DNA of 64,000 nucleotides from an uncultured Eubacteriales bacterium (GCA_964500985.1 CAZCRB010000002.1:36-64035); one strand, 5' to 3'; positions 30,130 through 39,685 are shown, numbered from the stretch's first letter. Numbers and translations: made by a program. The notes: generated by a model not told the origin, from the sequence alone.

Positions 30130-33100
30130 CTATCGGCTATACGATTTCGCCACCAGCGGTAGCGTGTGGCAGTCCGCGGTGCACGAGCCGCCCGTGCCGC
30201 TCGGTGTCCAGGTGAACGGGCCGCTGCCGGCCCAGTATCGGAGCAGATGTTCCTGCTGAGGTACGCCGTGGCTCGCATGGCACGCCTCGCAGGCGACGCC
30301 GAACGATGCGTGCCGCGCGTGCAGCGGGGTGCCGGGCGAACCCGACGCATAGAAGCCGCTACGGTCGCCGGCCACGCCGTCATCGGCGCCGGTGCCGTAC
30401 ACCGATTCCTTGTGGCACCGGTAGCACAGCATGCCGCTGTCGGCAGAGGTCGCCCCACGATACGGGCGCTGCAGCAGCGGAGCGTCCGGCGAGCGATGCG
30501 GTCCGCTCGGGCCGGAAGCCGATGAGGTCCCATGACACGAACCGCACCGGATCGTGCCACCGACCGCCGCCGCGGTCGTCATGGTCGAGCCGGTGGCGTT
30601 CGTCGACGTGTCCAGCGATCCCTCGATCGGATGGTACGAGGCGCCCAGCGTGTTGACCTGTGAAGCGATGCGGGTACGCGCGGGGGCCGCGGGATCCCAC
30701 TTCGAGTGGCAGAAGAAGCACGCCTCGTACTCCGCGGCTGCGCGGACGGGACCCGTCAGGGTCAGCGTGGTTGCCGTCGAGTTCTCGACCGCGACGCCAC
30801 GGGCACCGATCAACTCGCCGGGCAGGGCCGCCGTGTCGGCGGCGCCCGACTTGGCCAGATGCGAGTCATGGCAGTCGGCGCACTCGACATGGCGCGAGGC
30901 AGGGCTCGACTCGGTCGAGACGTGCGATGCGACCGCCGCACCCACCGGGTGCCGCGACGGCCCCACAGCGCCGAGGTCGGCCACGAGCACGGTCGCCGCG
31001 GTGCCGCCGACCTCCGCGCCACCGGCCGTCAACGCGAAGGCGGGGGTGACGTCGGTACCGGACCCGTTGGGCGTGTAGACAGCGATACGCGGCTCGACCG
31101 CGGTGGACGTACGAGTGAAGGCGCCGGCGAGCGCAACGAGCAGGTCTTTGTCGCCATCGCCGTCAGCGTCGCCAAACGCCAATGACGCGGCGTTGGTCCG
31201 CGTCCCGGTTGAGTGGTTGACCGCCGACCCGAACCCGCCACCGGCCGCCTGCTCGATGACGCGCACGCCGCTCGCGCCGTTCGAATCGGCATAGGCGAGC
31301 GCCACTTCGGCCCCGGACGTTCCCGCGGGCGTCACCCCATCGAGTATGTCGGCCGCAAGGATCGCGGTCGGCACGGTGCCCGCCGGCAACGGTCCGCCGC
31401 CATCGGCATAACGGGCGCCGGAGCCGTCGAAGAACGAGACCGTCTCGGAAGGAACCGCCGAGCTCACGCTGGCCACCGCGATCTCGCGCTTCGCGGAATC
31501 GCCGTCGAGGTCCGCGACCGCCACGGCGACCGGCTGGTCGTTGGTCGGATACGTGCCGCTCTCGACGGGCGTACCCGTCACGGCGGAGTAGATGCTCAGC
31601 TCGTCAGTGGCCTCAAAGGTGAGCACCAGCTCGGACTGCACTCCGGCGGCGATGTCGCCCGCCGCGATGGCGGAGGGCACCCGGGACAGCGGCAGCGAAC
31701 CGACGGCGTCGAGTGAGCCGCCACTGAGCCTCAAGACCCTGAGGACATCGTCCGCGGTCACGACGATGACCTCGGGCAGGCCGCTCGGATCCGCTTCCAC
31801 GTCGGCGACGGCAAGCAGCCTGACCACGGAACCGCCGGGCACCGAGAGCAACCGCGAACCGATGCCGCCCGCCTCGGCGTCCCGCTCAACGAGCGCGAGC
31901 TGGGCTGCGGCGGCGTCGGCGACGAGCAGCTCCTTGACGCCGTCCCCATCGATGTCGCCGGCTGCGGCGGCACCGACCGCCGAGACCGGCGCGACCTCAC
32001 GCGGTCCGACCGGCTCTGCGGCCGCCGTCGCGATGCGGGCGAACACCTGGACGCGCCCGTACTGCGCGCTCGCAGCCGAGCCCCAGGCGCCGATCACCTC
32101 GAGGCCCGGGGTGGTGGGCGCATAGCGCAGCGCCGCGAAGTCCGTGGATGCCGGACCGGACGAATCGTGGCAGGAGTCGCACAACGCACGGCCCTGCGCC
32201 TGGAGCATGTCGGGAACCACGGAACCGGACGCATCGGTGGCACCCATGACCGCGTGACAGGCCTGGCATTCGCCGACGCGGCGCGACATTGGCGCGTCCA
32301 CCCACTCGCCCGCAACGGTCACCGTCGCCGTCGAGGAGGCGTGGGACGAGCCCGGATACGTCGCCGCACCGGACCAAGTCCCGAGCGAGGCTCCGTGACA
32401 GCCGAAGCACTGGGTGCGGTCGTTGGCGGTCACGGTGGCCGGCACCGAGGCCGACGGGGTCGTCAGGCGCGTCCTCAGCGAGGGTGCCACCGGCGATCCG
32501 TGGGGGTCGTGACACGCCGAGCAGACGATCGCCGTGCCGCCGGCCGCCGTCGGGATGCGCGAGTGCGGGGTCTGCTGCCAGACGGCGAGTCCGGGAAACG
32601 CGCTGCCCGGGCGCACGCCGTGGCAGGTACCGCAGACGGCATCACCCGAGAAGACCAGCGTGCCGGTCGCCGTCGCCGTCCGCAACAGTGCCGCATACGG
32701 GGTACCACTGGCGTTTCGTGCCGCGCCGTGGGTGTCGTGGCACGTGCTGCACTGCTTGGAGGGCCCAAAGGCCGAGGCCGACGGCTCAAGCGAGTGACCG
32801 GACGCCGTTGAGAACGCGCTTTCGACGTCGGAACCGGAGCCCAGAGCATCGACCCCATGACACGAGAAGCACAGCCCCGTGTCGCCAAGGCCCCCCGAAC
32901 CCACGAGCAGCGCGTTGCGCGACGGGGAGTCGGAAGTGGGCTTGAACGCGGTGGCGTCATTGAACGACGTGTGGCCCCGATGACACATGGCGCAGGTGTC
33001 GGTGTCGGCCGATGTCGACACGTGTGGCGGGGCGACGGTGCCGGCGGTCGCAGCACTCGGGAACGCGATCGCGCATGCGACCGCAAACACGGCGAAGGCC

Positions 33101-33153
33101 GCGAGGGCTGAACCCCCGCGGCCTAGAGCGTATGTCCGAGTGCGTGGCGTCAC
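30130..33153 (-). CDS. Secreted multiheme cytochrome c with central FG-GAP/VCBS beta-propeller (~14 hemes)
   Basis: Signal peptide; 8 CxxCH, then repeats (GDIDGDGVKELLV, ADLDGDSAKREIAV, GDADGDGDKDLLV), then 5 CxxCH and 1 CxxxCH. Confidence 0.88.
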   Translation of the reverse strand: MTPRTRTYALGRGGSALAAFAVFAVACAIAFPSAATAGTVAPPHVSTSADTDTCAMCHRGHTSFNDATAFKPTSDSPSRNALLVGSGGLGDTGLCFSCHGVDALGSGSDVESAFSTASGHSLEPSASAFGPSKQCSTCHDTHGAARNASGTPYAALLRTATATGTLVFSGDAVCGTCHGVRPGSAFPGLAVWQQTPHSRIPTAAGGTAIVCSACHDPHGSPVAPSLRTRLTTPSASVPATVTANDRTQCFGCHGASLGTWSGAATYPGSSHASSTATVTVAGEWVDAPMSRRVGECQACHAVMGATDASGSVVPDMLQAQGRALCDSCHDSSGPASTDFAALRYAPTTPGLEVIGAWGSAASAQYGRVQVFARIATAAAEPVGPREVAPVSAVGAAAAGDIDGDGVKELLVADAAAAQLALVERDAEAGGIGSRLLSVPGGSVVRLLAVADVEADPSGLPEVIVVTADDVLRVLRLSGGSLDAVGSLPLSRVPSAIAAGDIAAGVQSELVLTFEATDELSIYSAVTGTPVESGTYPTNDQPVAVAVADLDGDSAKREIAVASVSSAVPSETVSFFDGSGARYADGGGPLPAGTVPTAILAADILDGVTPAGTSGAEVALAYADSNGASGVRVIEQAAGGGFGSAVNHSTGTRTNAASLAFGDADGDGDKDLLVALAGAFTRTSTAVEPRIAVYTPNGSGTDVTPAFALTAGGAEVGGTAATVLVADLGAVGPSRHPVGAAVASHVSTESSPASRHVECADCHDSHLAKSGAADTAALPGELIGARGVAVENSTATTLTLTGPVRAAAEYEACFFCHSKWDPAAPARTRIASQVNTLGASYHPIEGSLDTSTNATGSTMTTAAAVGGTIRCGSCHGTSSASGPSGPHRSPDAPLLQRPYRGATSADSGMLCYRCHKESVYGTGADDGVAGDRSGFYASGSPGTPLHARHASFGVACEACHASHGVPQQEHLLRYWAGSGPFTWTPSGTGGSCTADCHTLPLVAKSYSR

Positions 33154-34535
33154 GCGCCAGCGCCCTCCTTCTCGGCGCCAAGCGCCGTTTCGACATCTGT
33201 CGGGTCAGGGACTCGTCCCTGCTCGGCGGCAACATCCACCGCTCTCATAAGCGCGGCATATGCCAACTGCGGCTCAGTGTCCTCAGGAATCGCACTCGCG
33301 ATACGGTCGGCCCACGAAGGCGCGGCGCCATCGAGCGATGCGCGCATGAGCCAGGCCACCGCCGCAGCGGCGCTATAGGGCGAATCAGCCATGCCGACGT
33401 CGTTGAGTTCGGTGAACTCCCACGACACCTTCAGGCCGGACGCGAACGCCTCTTCGACCTCCGGAGCGACCCCCGGCGGAATCAGCAGAACGAGGATCGC
33501 GACGCCCTTGAGGGCCCAGCGAAGCTCCATGAGCGTGCTGGCGATCTTGGCACGCAGGTCGGCGGGGGCGCCGGTGAACATGTCGAACCGGTCGAGGATG
33601 ATCGCGGTCGCACGATAGCGGGCCTGCGCGTAACGGAGGATGGCGGCGAGGGTCTTTGTCGGGGCCTTGGAGATCTTGAGCTCCTCGGCCATCGAACCGG
33701 TGCCCTGGGCGACGTAAGCGCGGATACCGCGGGCCACGACCGGCGACAGCGACTCCTCGGTTGCAGCCACGACGTAGTCGCGCACGAGCGCATCGACGTC
33801 GACCGTCTCGCCCGGCGGCAGCTCCCGCTCGCGCACCTCACCGAGGGGCGTGACGAACGCATCGGCCATCGGGTCGTCGAGCGCGGCCTCGTCATCGGGG
33901 ACGGCACCGTCCTCGCCGGGGTCCGAGTCGAGGCGGTCGAGGCGGGCGGTGGCCACCCGCATGAGCACTTCCGTGTCCTCCGCGCCCTCGCGGGTCATCT
34001 CGGGCGCGCCGAACACGCGTGCGACGAAGGCGGCAGGATCGGCGTCCAGCTCTGCGATCAGCGCAGTGACGTCCGCGTCCACGAGAAGCGCCGACCACTG
34101 GTCCAGCGACGAGACCGGTTCCACGAGCATCTTGCGAGTCCAAGCGGCCAGCATCAGGTCGCACCCACCGCCGCTGACGCGCTCCGCAGCCGCGGAGAGC
34201 ACCGCACGGACGCGACCCACGCGCATCATGTCCAGCGGCACGTAGACTCCGAGAACGCCCTCGACCGGGTCCTGCTCGGCGAGGGACTTCATGACCTGGG
34301 CAAGGGCGGCGACCGGATAGAACGGCGGCACCTTGTCGGTCTTGGCAACGGCGATCGGCCGCATCTCTGCCTCGTCGGCGGTGCGGTCGATTGCCGCGAG
34401 AACGCCGAGCGCGGCGGAGCGGACGCTCAGCCGATTACCCATGGGATCGTACTCGCCGGCCTCGGTCGGCGTGAAGGGATTCGCGACGAGTCCGAGCGAA
34501 CGAGGGCCGCCCGTGGCGGCATCGAGTTCAGGCAC
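33150..34535 (-). CDS. Hypothetical protein, possibly degenerate AAA/ExeA-like ATPase
   Basis: GLVANPF N-terminus and Walker-B-like IILDRFD, but no Walker A; GTGA overlap with the next gene. Confidence 0.6.
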   Translation of the reverse strand: MPELDAATGGPRSLGLVANPFTPTEAGEYDPMGNRLSVRSAALGVLAAIDRTADEAEMRPIAVAKTDKVPPFYPVAALAQVMKSLAEQDPVEGVLGVYVPLDMMRVGRVRAVLSAAAERVSGGGCDLMLAAWTRKMLVEPVSSLDQWSALLVDADVTALIAELDADPAAFVARVFGAPEMTREGAEDTEVLMRVATARLDRLDSDPGEDGAVPDDEAALDDPMADAFVTPLGEVRERELPPGETVDVDALVRDYVVAATEESLSPVVARGIRAYVAQGTGSMAEELKISKAPTKTLAAILRYAQARYRATAIILDRFDMFTGAPADLRAKIASTLMELRWALKGVAILVLLIPPGVAPEVEEAFASGLKVSWEFTELNDVGMADSPYSAAAAVAWLMRASLDGAAPSWADRIASAIPEDTEPQLAYAALMRAVDVAAEQGRVPDPTDVETALGAEKEGAGA

Positions 34536-34620
34536 GCGTATGCACTTCCTTACCTCTGGGGCTCTGGGACGAATCGGCCGGATTCCTGCGCCCGTCGGGC
34601 GCTACCCCGTAGTGTCTTAG

Positions 34621-34626
34621 ATTATA
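34621..34626 (-). promoter_or_regulatory. -10 box (TATAAT) for the 34535..27695 operon
   Basis: Perfect TATAAT 86 nt upstream of the start. -35 region is non-consensus; a half-site of the island palindrome lies at 34654-34660. Confidence 0.5.
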
Positions 34627-34699
34627 GGCTTTCAGCAAAGTTTGTGCACCGTTGTTACAAGCCAGACGCGCAGGTGATGAGCACGCCGCAGAGCCGCGA

Positions 34700-34732
34700 G
34701 AGGGCCCCGGACGAATGTCGTCCGGGGCCCTC
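34700..34732 (-). terminator. Hairpin after OmcS-like gene 1
   Basis: Perfect 15-bp stem GAGGGCCCCGGACGA-ATG-TCGTCCGGGGCCCTC. Confidence 0.7.
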
Positions 34733-34769
34733 CGTTGCACGCCCCTGGGCGTGGGTGCCTGGTTGCGCG

Positions 34770-36062
34770 CTACTTGTTGTGGCAGCGCTCGCACACGCCG
34801 CGGTTGTCGGTGCGCAGAAGCGCGCTCGACACGTTCGGGGTGACGCCGGCCTTGCCACCAACGAGCGTGGTGGTGGGCTCGACGGTCCACGTAACGACTG
34901 CGGTCGGGTGATTCACGAGGCGGGCATTGGCCCAACCGCTCATCTGAGCAGCGGTGCCGTGCGCACGGTGGCACGTCAGGCAACCGAGGTTGTCCTGAAG
35001 CTCGTACTCACCGCGAGCGGCCGTGCTGTTGGGACGGCGCTCGAGCGGCAGAACGCTCGAGGTGACCGCGTCGCTACCCCAGCCGTTGAGCTGGGTCACC
35101 GTGACCGGGGCCACGTTGACAGGGTGGCGGTGGCGAGCACGCGCGCCGACCGAAGCGGTCCCGCCGGTCACGCTGAGCGTGCCGTTGGCATCGCGAGCGA
35201 CCGTGCCGTTGGACTCGAACTGGCCGTAGTCCAGCGTGCCGGTGCGATCGTCGTACTGGGTGTGGCAAGCCGCACACCAGGTCGACATCGAACGATAGGC
35301 GGTACCCGAGTAGCCAGCCGGGAACTTGAACGCGTACTCCGCGGTCGTGTAGTTCGGGCGATACGACGCCATCTGGGTCGCGCCGGGGTTGTGCTTGAGC
35401 CAGCCGCCGTTGATCGCCGAGGCGTTCGAGTTGACGGGGTAGCCCTGCTCAGCCGAGAAGACGAACGGCTGGGGGGTGTCGCCGTTGTAACCACCGACGG
35501 TGACACCGTTGACCGTGTCCTTCAGCAGGCGGTAGTTCGACGAACCGTGCGGATCGTGGCAACCGGTGCAGGTGAGGTTCGTGCCGCCGGAAGCGGAGGA
35601 ACCCGAGCCCCACATCGGATCGGTGGCCGCACCCTTGTCCATGTCGTGCATGGAGGTCGAGATGCCGGTGTTGAACGCACCACCGTTCAGGCCGCCGAGG
35701 AACGCGGAGTTGGTCTCATACATGATCGAGCCGCCCGCGGTCTGAGTCGCAGACCCGGAAGGGCCGGAGTCGAAGAGGCCCATCTCTACGTTGGTCGAAG
35801 CGCCCGGAGCACCGTCGCCGTGGCAGGCGTAGCAGAACTCCTCCATCGTCTGCGCAGATGACACGAGCAGAGCGCTGTGGTCATTGCCCGCAACGTCTTC
35901 CCATGACAGGTTCGAGAACGAGGTGTGAGCGCGGTGACAGCCGGCGCACGCGTCGGTGTCCAGTGCATAGCCGCCGTGCGGTCCGAAGTTGGCGAACGCA
36001 GAACCGGCGGTCGCGAAGAGCGCTACAACGCTGATCGCGAGGATGATTGCTAGTTTCTTCAC
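34770..36062 (-). CDS. Secreted OmcS-like hexaheme cytochrome c (hydrogenase module)
   Basis: Sec signal peptide; 6 CxxCH in 430 aa; HGG..CAGCHRAH, CHDPHG..YRLL, MSTWCAACH, RHP, CLTCHRAH; C-terminal CERCHNK. Confidence 0.82.
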   Translation of the reverse strand: MKKLAIILAISVVALFATAGSAFANFGPHGGYALDTDACAGCHRAHTSFSNLSWEDVAGNDHSALLVSSAQTMEEFCYACHGDGAPGASTNVEMGLFDSGPSGSATQTAGGSIMYETNSAFLGGLNGGAFNTGISTSMHDMDKGAATDPMWGSGSSASGGTNLTCTGCHDPHGSSNYRLLKDTVNGVTVGGYNGDTPQPFVFSAEQGYPVNSNASAINGGWLKHNPGATQMASYRPNYTTAEYAFKFPAGYSGTAYRSMSTWCAACHTQYDDRTGTLDYGQFESNGTVARDANGTLSVTGGTASVGARARHRHPVNVAPVTVTQLNGWGSDAVTSSVLPLERRPNSTAARGEYELQDNLGCLTCHRAHGTAAQMSGWANARLVNHPTAVVTWTVEPTTTLVGGKAGVTPNVSSALLRTDNRGVCERCHNK

Positions 36063-36079
36063 TCAGTTCACCCCCTTCT

Positions 36080-38236
36080 CTAGTGGACCGCGCACGCGAT
36101 GCACGGATCGAAGGACTGGGCAACACGCAGGGCCTCAACGCCACCACCGGCACCGCCGGCGATCGGGGCACCAGCACCACCCTTGGCCGCAGTCTTGGTC
36201 AGAGAGTACTCGACGTTGAGCATCGACTGCTCCATCGGGCCCTCGACGCCGCTGTGGTCCTTGGGCGATGCGTTCCAGGTGGTCGGCACGATGCACTGGT
36301 AGCGATCGATCTTACCCGCGGTGATCGTGCACATGTGCATGAGAGCACCACGCGGAGCCTCGGTCGCACCAAAGCCCTCGGTCGTACCGGGGTTCGGGGC
36401 CATCTGGTAGTACGAGTCGGCGCCCACCGGCAGAATGCTGAGCTGCTTGAGCCAGCCCCCGTCGGCGAACGTCACGGGCAGCGCGGCGGTTGCCGGAGCT
36501 GCGACGGCGCCGATCATCTGCTGGATCAGCACGAGCGACTCGATCGCGCGGGCGCGCAGGCGGTCCATGTTGGACAGCCCGGCCTTGAGACCGAGTACCC
36601 AGTCAGCCACGGGGCCGGTGATGACCGCGTGAGCGTGCTGGTAGGCCGTGACGATCGTGGCCTTGTCGAGACCGGAGATGACCGTGTCGTCGACCACGAG
36701 GTCGGGGCCGCCACCCGCGAGGCCGCCGACAACCGTCAGCGTGGCCACGCCGGAACGGACACACGCGACCGCGAGGTCGGGGTGGATCAGCTTGGGCTCG
36801 AGGCCGGTGACCGCACCGTCGACCTTCTTGTACGCGGCGTAGCCGGTGATCCCGGGCGCAGCGACGGTCGAGGCCAGGGTCTGGCCGCCCTTGAAGATGC
36901 CGTTGACGGCCAGGCGCGCGAGCGGCCCGACCTCCATCGGGTTGCCGTTCCAGCGCGGGGCCTTGAGCCAGGAGTACTTGGCGTCATCGGTGCGCAGCGG
37001 AGCGGTGCGGACCTCGGTGCGGGGGTTCGTGATGTCGGTCGCCGCATCGATGACGGCGGTGCCGTCGGCGTTGAGGGCCGTGACCGAACCCTGATAGCGC
37101 GAGTACGTGATGTGCTCACGCAGGTTGTTGTGCACGTCGGTCTTCGAGATGAACGACTTGGTGCCGCCAGCCAGGTAGGTGGCCTTGAGCATGAAGCCGC
37201 GGCCGATACCCAGCGTGCCGTTGGTCTGCGGGAACGCACCCCATGCGAGGAAGTTGCCGCAGCCGCCGCCCCAGCCGGTGTTGGTAGCGTCCGGATCGCC
37301 AGCGGCGCTCTTGTTGCCAAGCGCCCACAGCGTCGGGTACGCGCCCTTCAGCAGGGTGGCGTTGTCGAGGTTGTCGTAGTTCGGGTACAGCGCGCCGAGC
37401 GCAAGGAACAGCGGCACGTACTCGCGAACGATGAAGTCACCGATCTCCGTCATCATCGAGCGGAAGCGGGTGATCTTGGTCGACAGGTCCTCGTTCTTGT
37501 TGGTGGTGACGCCACCGCCGACGAAGCACGAGGTCATCGGCATACGTCCGGCGAACATCGCGCCGGCCTCGAAGGTGAGGCGACGGATGCGCAGCGCCTT
37601 GACGTACTGCTTGATGACCGCCGACCACAGCTCCTTGGAGAAGCCCTCGACATCGACCGGCAGCGTGCCATGGGCAGCGTCAGCCGGATTGGCAGCCGCA
37701 CCGTTGCCCTGCGAGAGCAGGAGCGGGTGGTAGAAGCTGTCGTCGAAGTACGGCGTCCACGGCGGGACGTTGGGGCCCTGAACGTAGCTCGGGGCGGCAA
37801 GGTGATACATGTGCGTGATGCTCGACATGAGGAACTCGGCCGAGAGCACGAGGTTGCGGACGTGAACCGCCTTCTCCGGGATGCCCTGACCGGTCGGCAC
37901 GGGTACCGTGCTGCTGCCGTCGGTGCTCGAGAGCTGGTTGCCGCCCTTGACCCACGTCTGGAAGCAGTCGTTGTAGCCGAGGACCGAATCGACCGCGAAG
38001 GTCGAGGCCTGGCCGTGCGGTACCGGACACACACCGCAGATGCGCTGCGTGAACGTGATCGCATCGTTGATGTCGCGGCCGATGAGGAAGTTCTCAAAGC
38101 CACGCCACAGGTTGCCGTGGACGTCGGCGCCGGTTACTTTCTCGGCGTCGGTGCGACCGGCGATCGGGGCGGTGGTGAGCTTCACGCCGAGGTGACCCTC
38201 GATGCGTGAAATAGGATCGACTTCCTTGATTGCCAT
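36080..38236 (-). CDS. [NiFe] hydrogenase large subunit, group 1 (1a/Hys-like, Cys form)
   Basis: DPISRIEGH; L1 QRICGVCPVPH; EAPRGAL; L2 FDPCIACAVH followed directly by the stop codon. Confidence 0.95.
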   Translation of the reverse strand: MAIKEVDPISRIEGHLGVKLTTAPIAGRTDAEKVTGADVHGNLWRGFENFLIGRDINDAITFTQRICGVCPVPHGQASTFAVDSVLGYNDCFQTWVKGGNQLSSTDGSSTVPVPTGQGIPEKAVHVRNLVLSAEFLMSSITHMYHLAAPSYVQGPNVPPWTPYFDDSFYHPLLLSQGNGAAANPADAAHGTLPVDVEGFSKELWSAVIKQYVKALRIRRLTFEAGAMFAGRMPMTSCFVGGGVTTNKNEDLSTKITRFRSMMTEIGDFIVREYVPLFLALGALYPNYDNLDNATLLKGAYPTLWALGNKSAAGDPDATNTGWGGGCGNFLAWGAFPQTNGTLGIGRGFMLKATYLAGGTKSFISKTDVHNNLREHITYSRYQGSVTALNADGTAVIDAATDITNPRTEVRTAPLRTDDAKYSWLKAPRWNGNPMEVGPLARLAVNGIFKGGQTLASTVAAPGITGYAAYKKVDGAVTGLEPKLIHPDLAVACVRSGVATLTVVGGLAGGGPDLVVDDTVISGLDKATIVTAYQHAHAVITGPVADWVLGLKAGLSNMDRLRARAIESLVLIQQMIGAVAAPATAALPVTFADGGWLKQLSILPVGADSYYQMAPNPGTTEGFGATEAPRGALMHMCTITAGKIDRYQCIVPTTWNASPKDHSGVEGPMEQSMLNVEYSLTKTAAKGGAGAPIAGGAGGGVEALRVAQSFDPCIACAVH

Positions 38237-38260
38237 CTAACGTTTCCCTCCTTCCATCAC

Positions 38261-39685
38261 TTAGAGGATCACGAACGGCAGGAAGGCGTCCGGATAGCCC
38301 TTTTCCGTGCAAGCCATGCACGGGTGGCCACCGGCGACGCAGTTGCCGCCCTTGTTTCCGTTGGTTCCACCGACTCCGTAGTCGAGCGTGGAGTCGTTGC
38401 GCGGGTTCTGGCCGTTCCAGCCGTGAGGACCACAGAGAGTCATGGTCTGCGGGCCCTTGCAGCCGATGAGCTGCAGGCAGCCCGGCTCGCCCGGCTTGGT
38501 CGCGAACACGCCGTTGAGGGCGTCCTGGTAGCGCTTGCAGTACGGACCGTGCAGCGGCACACCGTAGACAGCCTTGAGGCGGCGCTGCTTGTCGACCGCG
38601 CTCGCGTTGATCGACACGTTCAGTCCGGCGCCATTGCGGTGCAGGATCTTGAGCGGGCCGTCAGCGCCGACTGCGGACTGGGTGAAGTCCACGAGCCACG
38701 CAACGACTGTCAGCACGAACCACCACGGGTTGGTCGGGCAACCGGGGACCGCGACGACCTTGTCGGCGGCAGCGATACCCGCCGCGCCGCACTTGGTCCG
38801 CAGGAACTCCTCGGTGCCAAGAGCACCGGTCTGGCCCTCGCCCAGGATCGGCGAGACACATGCCGGGTATCCACCGAAGCACGCACACTGGCCGATCGGG
38901 ATGATCGCGGCGCACTTGGGGTGGGTGGCGAGATCCTTGACGGTCTCGTCAAACGAATGCTCGGCGGTGCCGGCCTCGTTCATGCCGATGGAACACCACG
39001 CGGCGCCATCGTGCAGCGCGCCGTCGCCGGCGTTCCAGTAGCCGCCCTCGTCCTTGGGCTGAATCGAGCCCTCGACGACGAGAACGAACGGGGTGGAGGC
39101 GCCGGCCGTGTCCTTGCGGAGCTGGTCGAGCCACTGGTACGCGAGGTCGCCGCCCATACCCATGACCGTCTCATGATACTGAAGGTCGATGAAGTCGATG
39201 AGCACGTCGGCGATCGTCGCGACGAAAGCGCTGTTGCCGCCATTGGTGCCGGCAGACTCGAAGTTCACGCCGGTACCCGAAAGGGCACTCGCGGCGCTGG
39301 ACTCGAAGATGGTGCGGTGACCGTACGGGTGATCCGCACCGGTCTCCTTGGTGATGCCGAGAGCGGCCGCAGTGGCCGAGCCGGCTACGTTCCCGCCGTC
39401 GCCGTTGCCACCAACGGCGTAGTCGAGAGCCTTCAGCGTAGAGATGCTGGTGCCCTCGATAGCGGTGCCTCTGACGTCTTCGAAGAGACCCAGAAGCGAG
39501 GTCGAGCAGCCCGTGCACTCCGCGCCATGAACCCAAACCACCTTGGGCTTGTCGGTCCATGCGCCCGTCCATACGGAGCCGTGAGCAAATGCTTCGGCGA
39601 CCTTTGCGAGGTCGACTTGGCTCATGCCCATGGCCGCTGCCAGGGTGCCCAACCGGGTGACAAACTGTCGCCTGGTTATCGCCAT
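38261..39685 (-). CDS. [NiFe] hydrogenase small subunit with Tat signal
   Basis: ITRRQF twin-arginine motif; HGAECTGCS, GQCACFGG, PGCP, HGPYC, GCKGP and GHPCMAC motifs. Confidence 0.95.
   Translation of the reverse strand: MAITRRQFVTRLGTLAAAMGMSQVDLAKVAEAFAHGSVWTGAWTDKPKVVWVHGAECTGCSTSLLGLFEDVRGTAIEGTSISTLKALDYAVGGNGDGGNVAGSATAAALGITKETGADHPYGHRTIFESSAASALSGTGVNFESAGTNGGNSAFVATIADVLIDFIDLQYHETVMGMGGDLAYQWLDQLRKDTAGASTPFVLVVEGSIQPKDEGGYWNAGDGALHDGAAWCSIGMNEAGTAEHSFDETVKDLATHPKCAAIIPIGQCACFGGYPACVSPILGEGQTGALGTEEFLRTKCGAAGIAAADKVVAVPGCPTNPWWFVLTVVAWLVDFTQSAVGADGPLKILHRNGAGLNVSINASAVDKQRRLKAVYGVPLHGPYCKRYQDALNGVFATKPGEPGCLQLIGCKGPQTMTLCGPHGWNGQNPRNDSTLDYGVGGTNGNKGGNCVAGGHPCMACTEKGYPDAFLPFVIL

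Noticed and set aside
34643-34660. Sixth full copy of the island palindrome
   Set aside because: Only the GTTACAA arm matches and the other arm (TGTGCAC) is poor, so it is recorded as a half-site only.
36080-36110. Selenocysteine in the hydrogenase L2 motif ([NiFeSe] enzyme)
   Set aside because: The codons read DPCIACAVH with TGC; no UGA is present.
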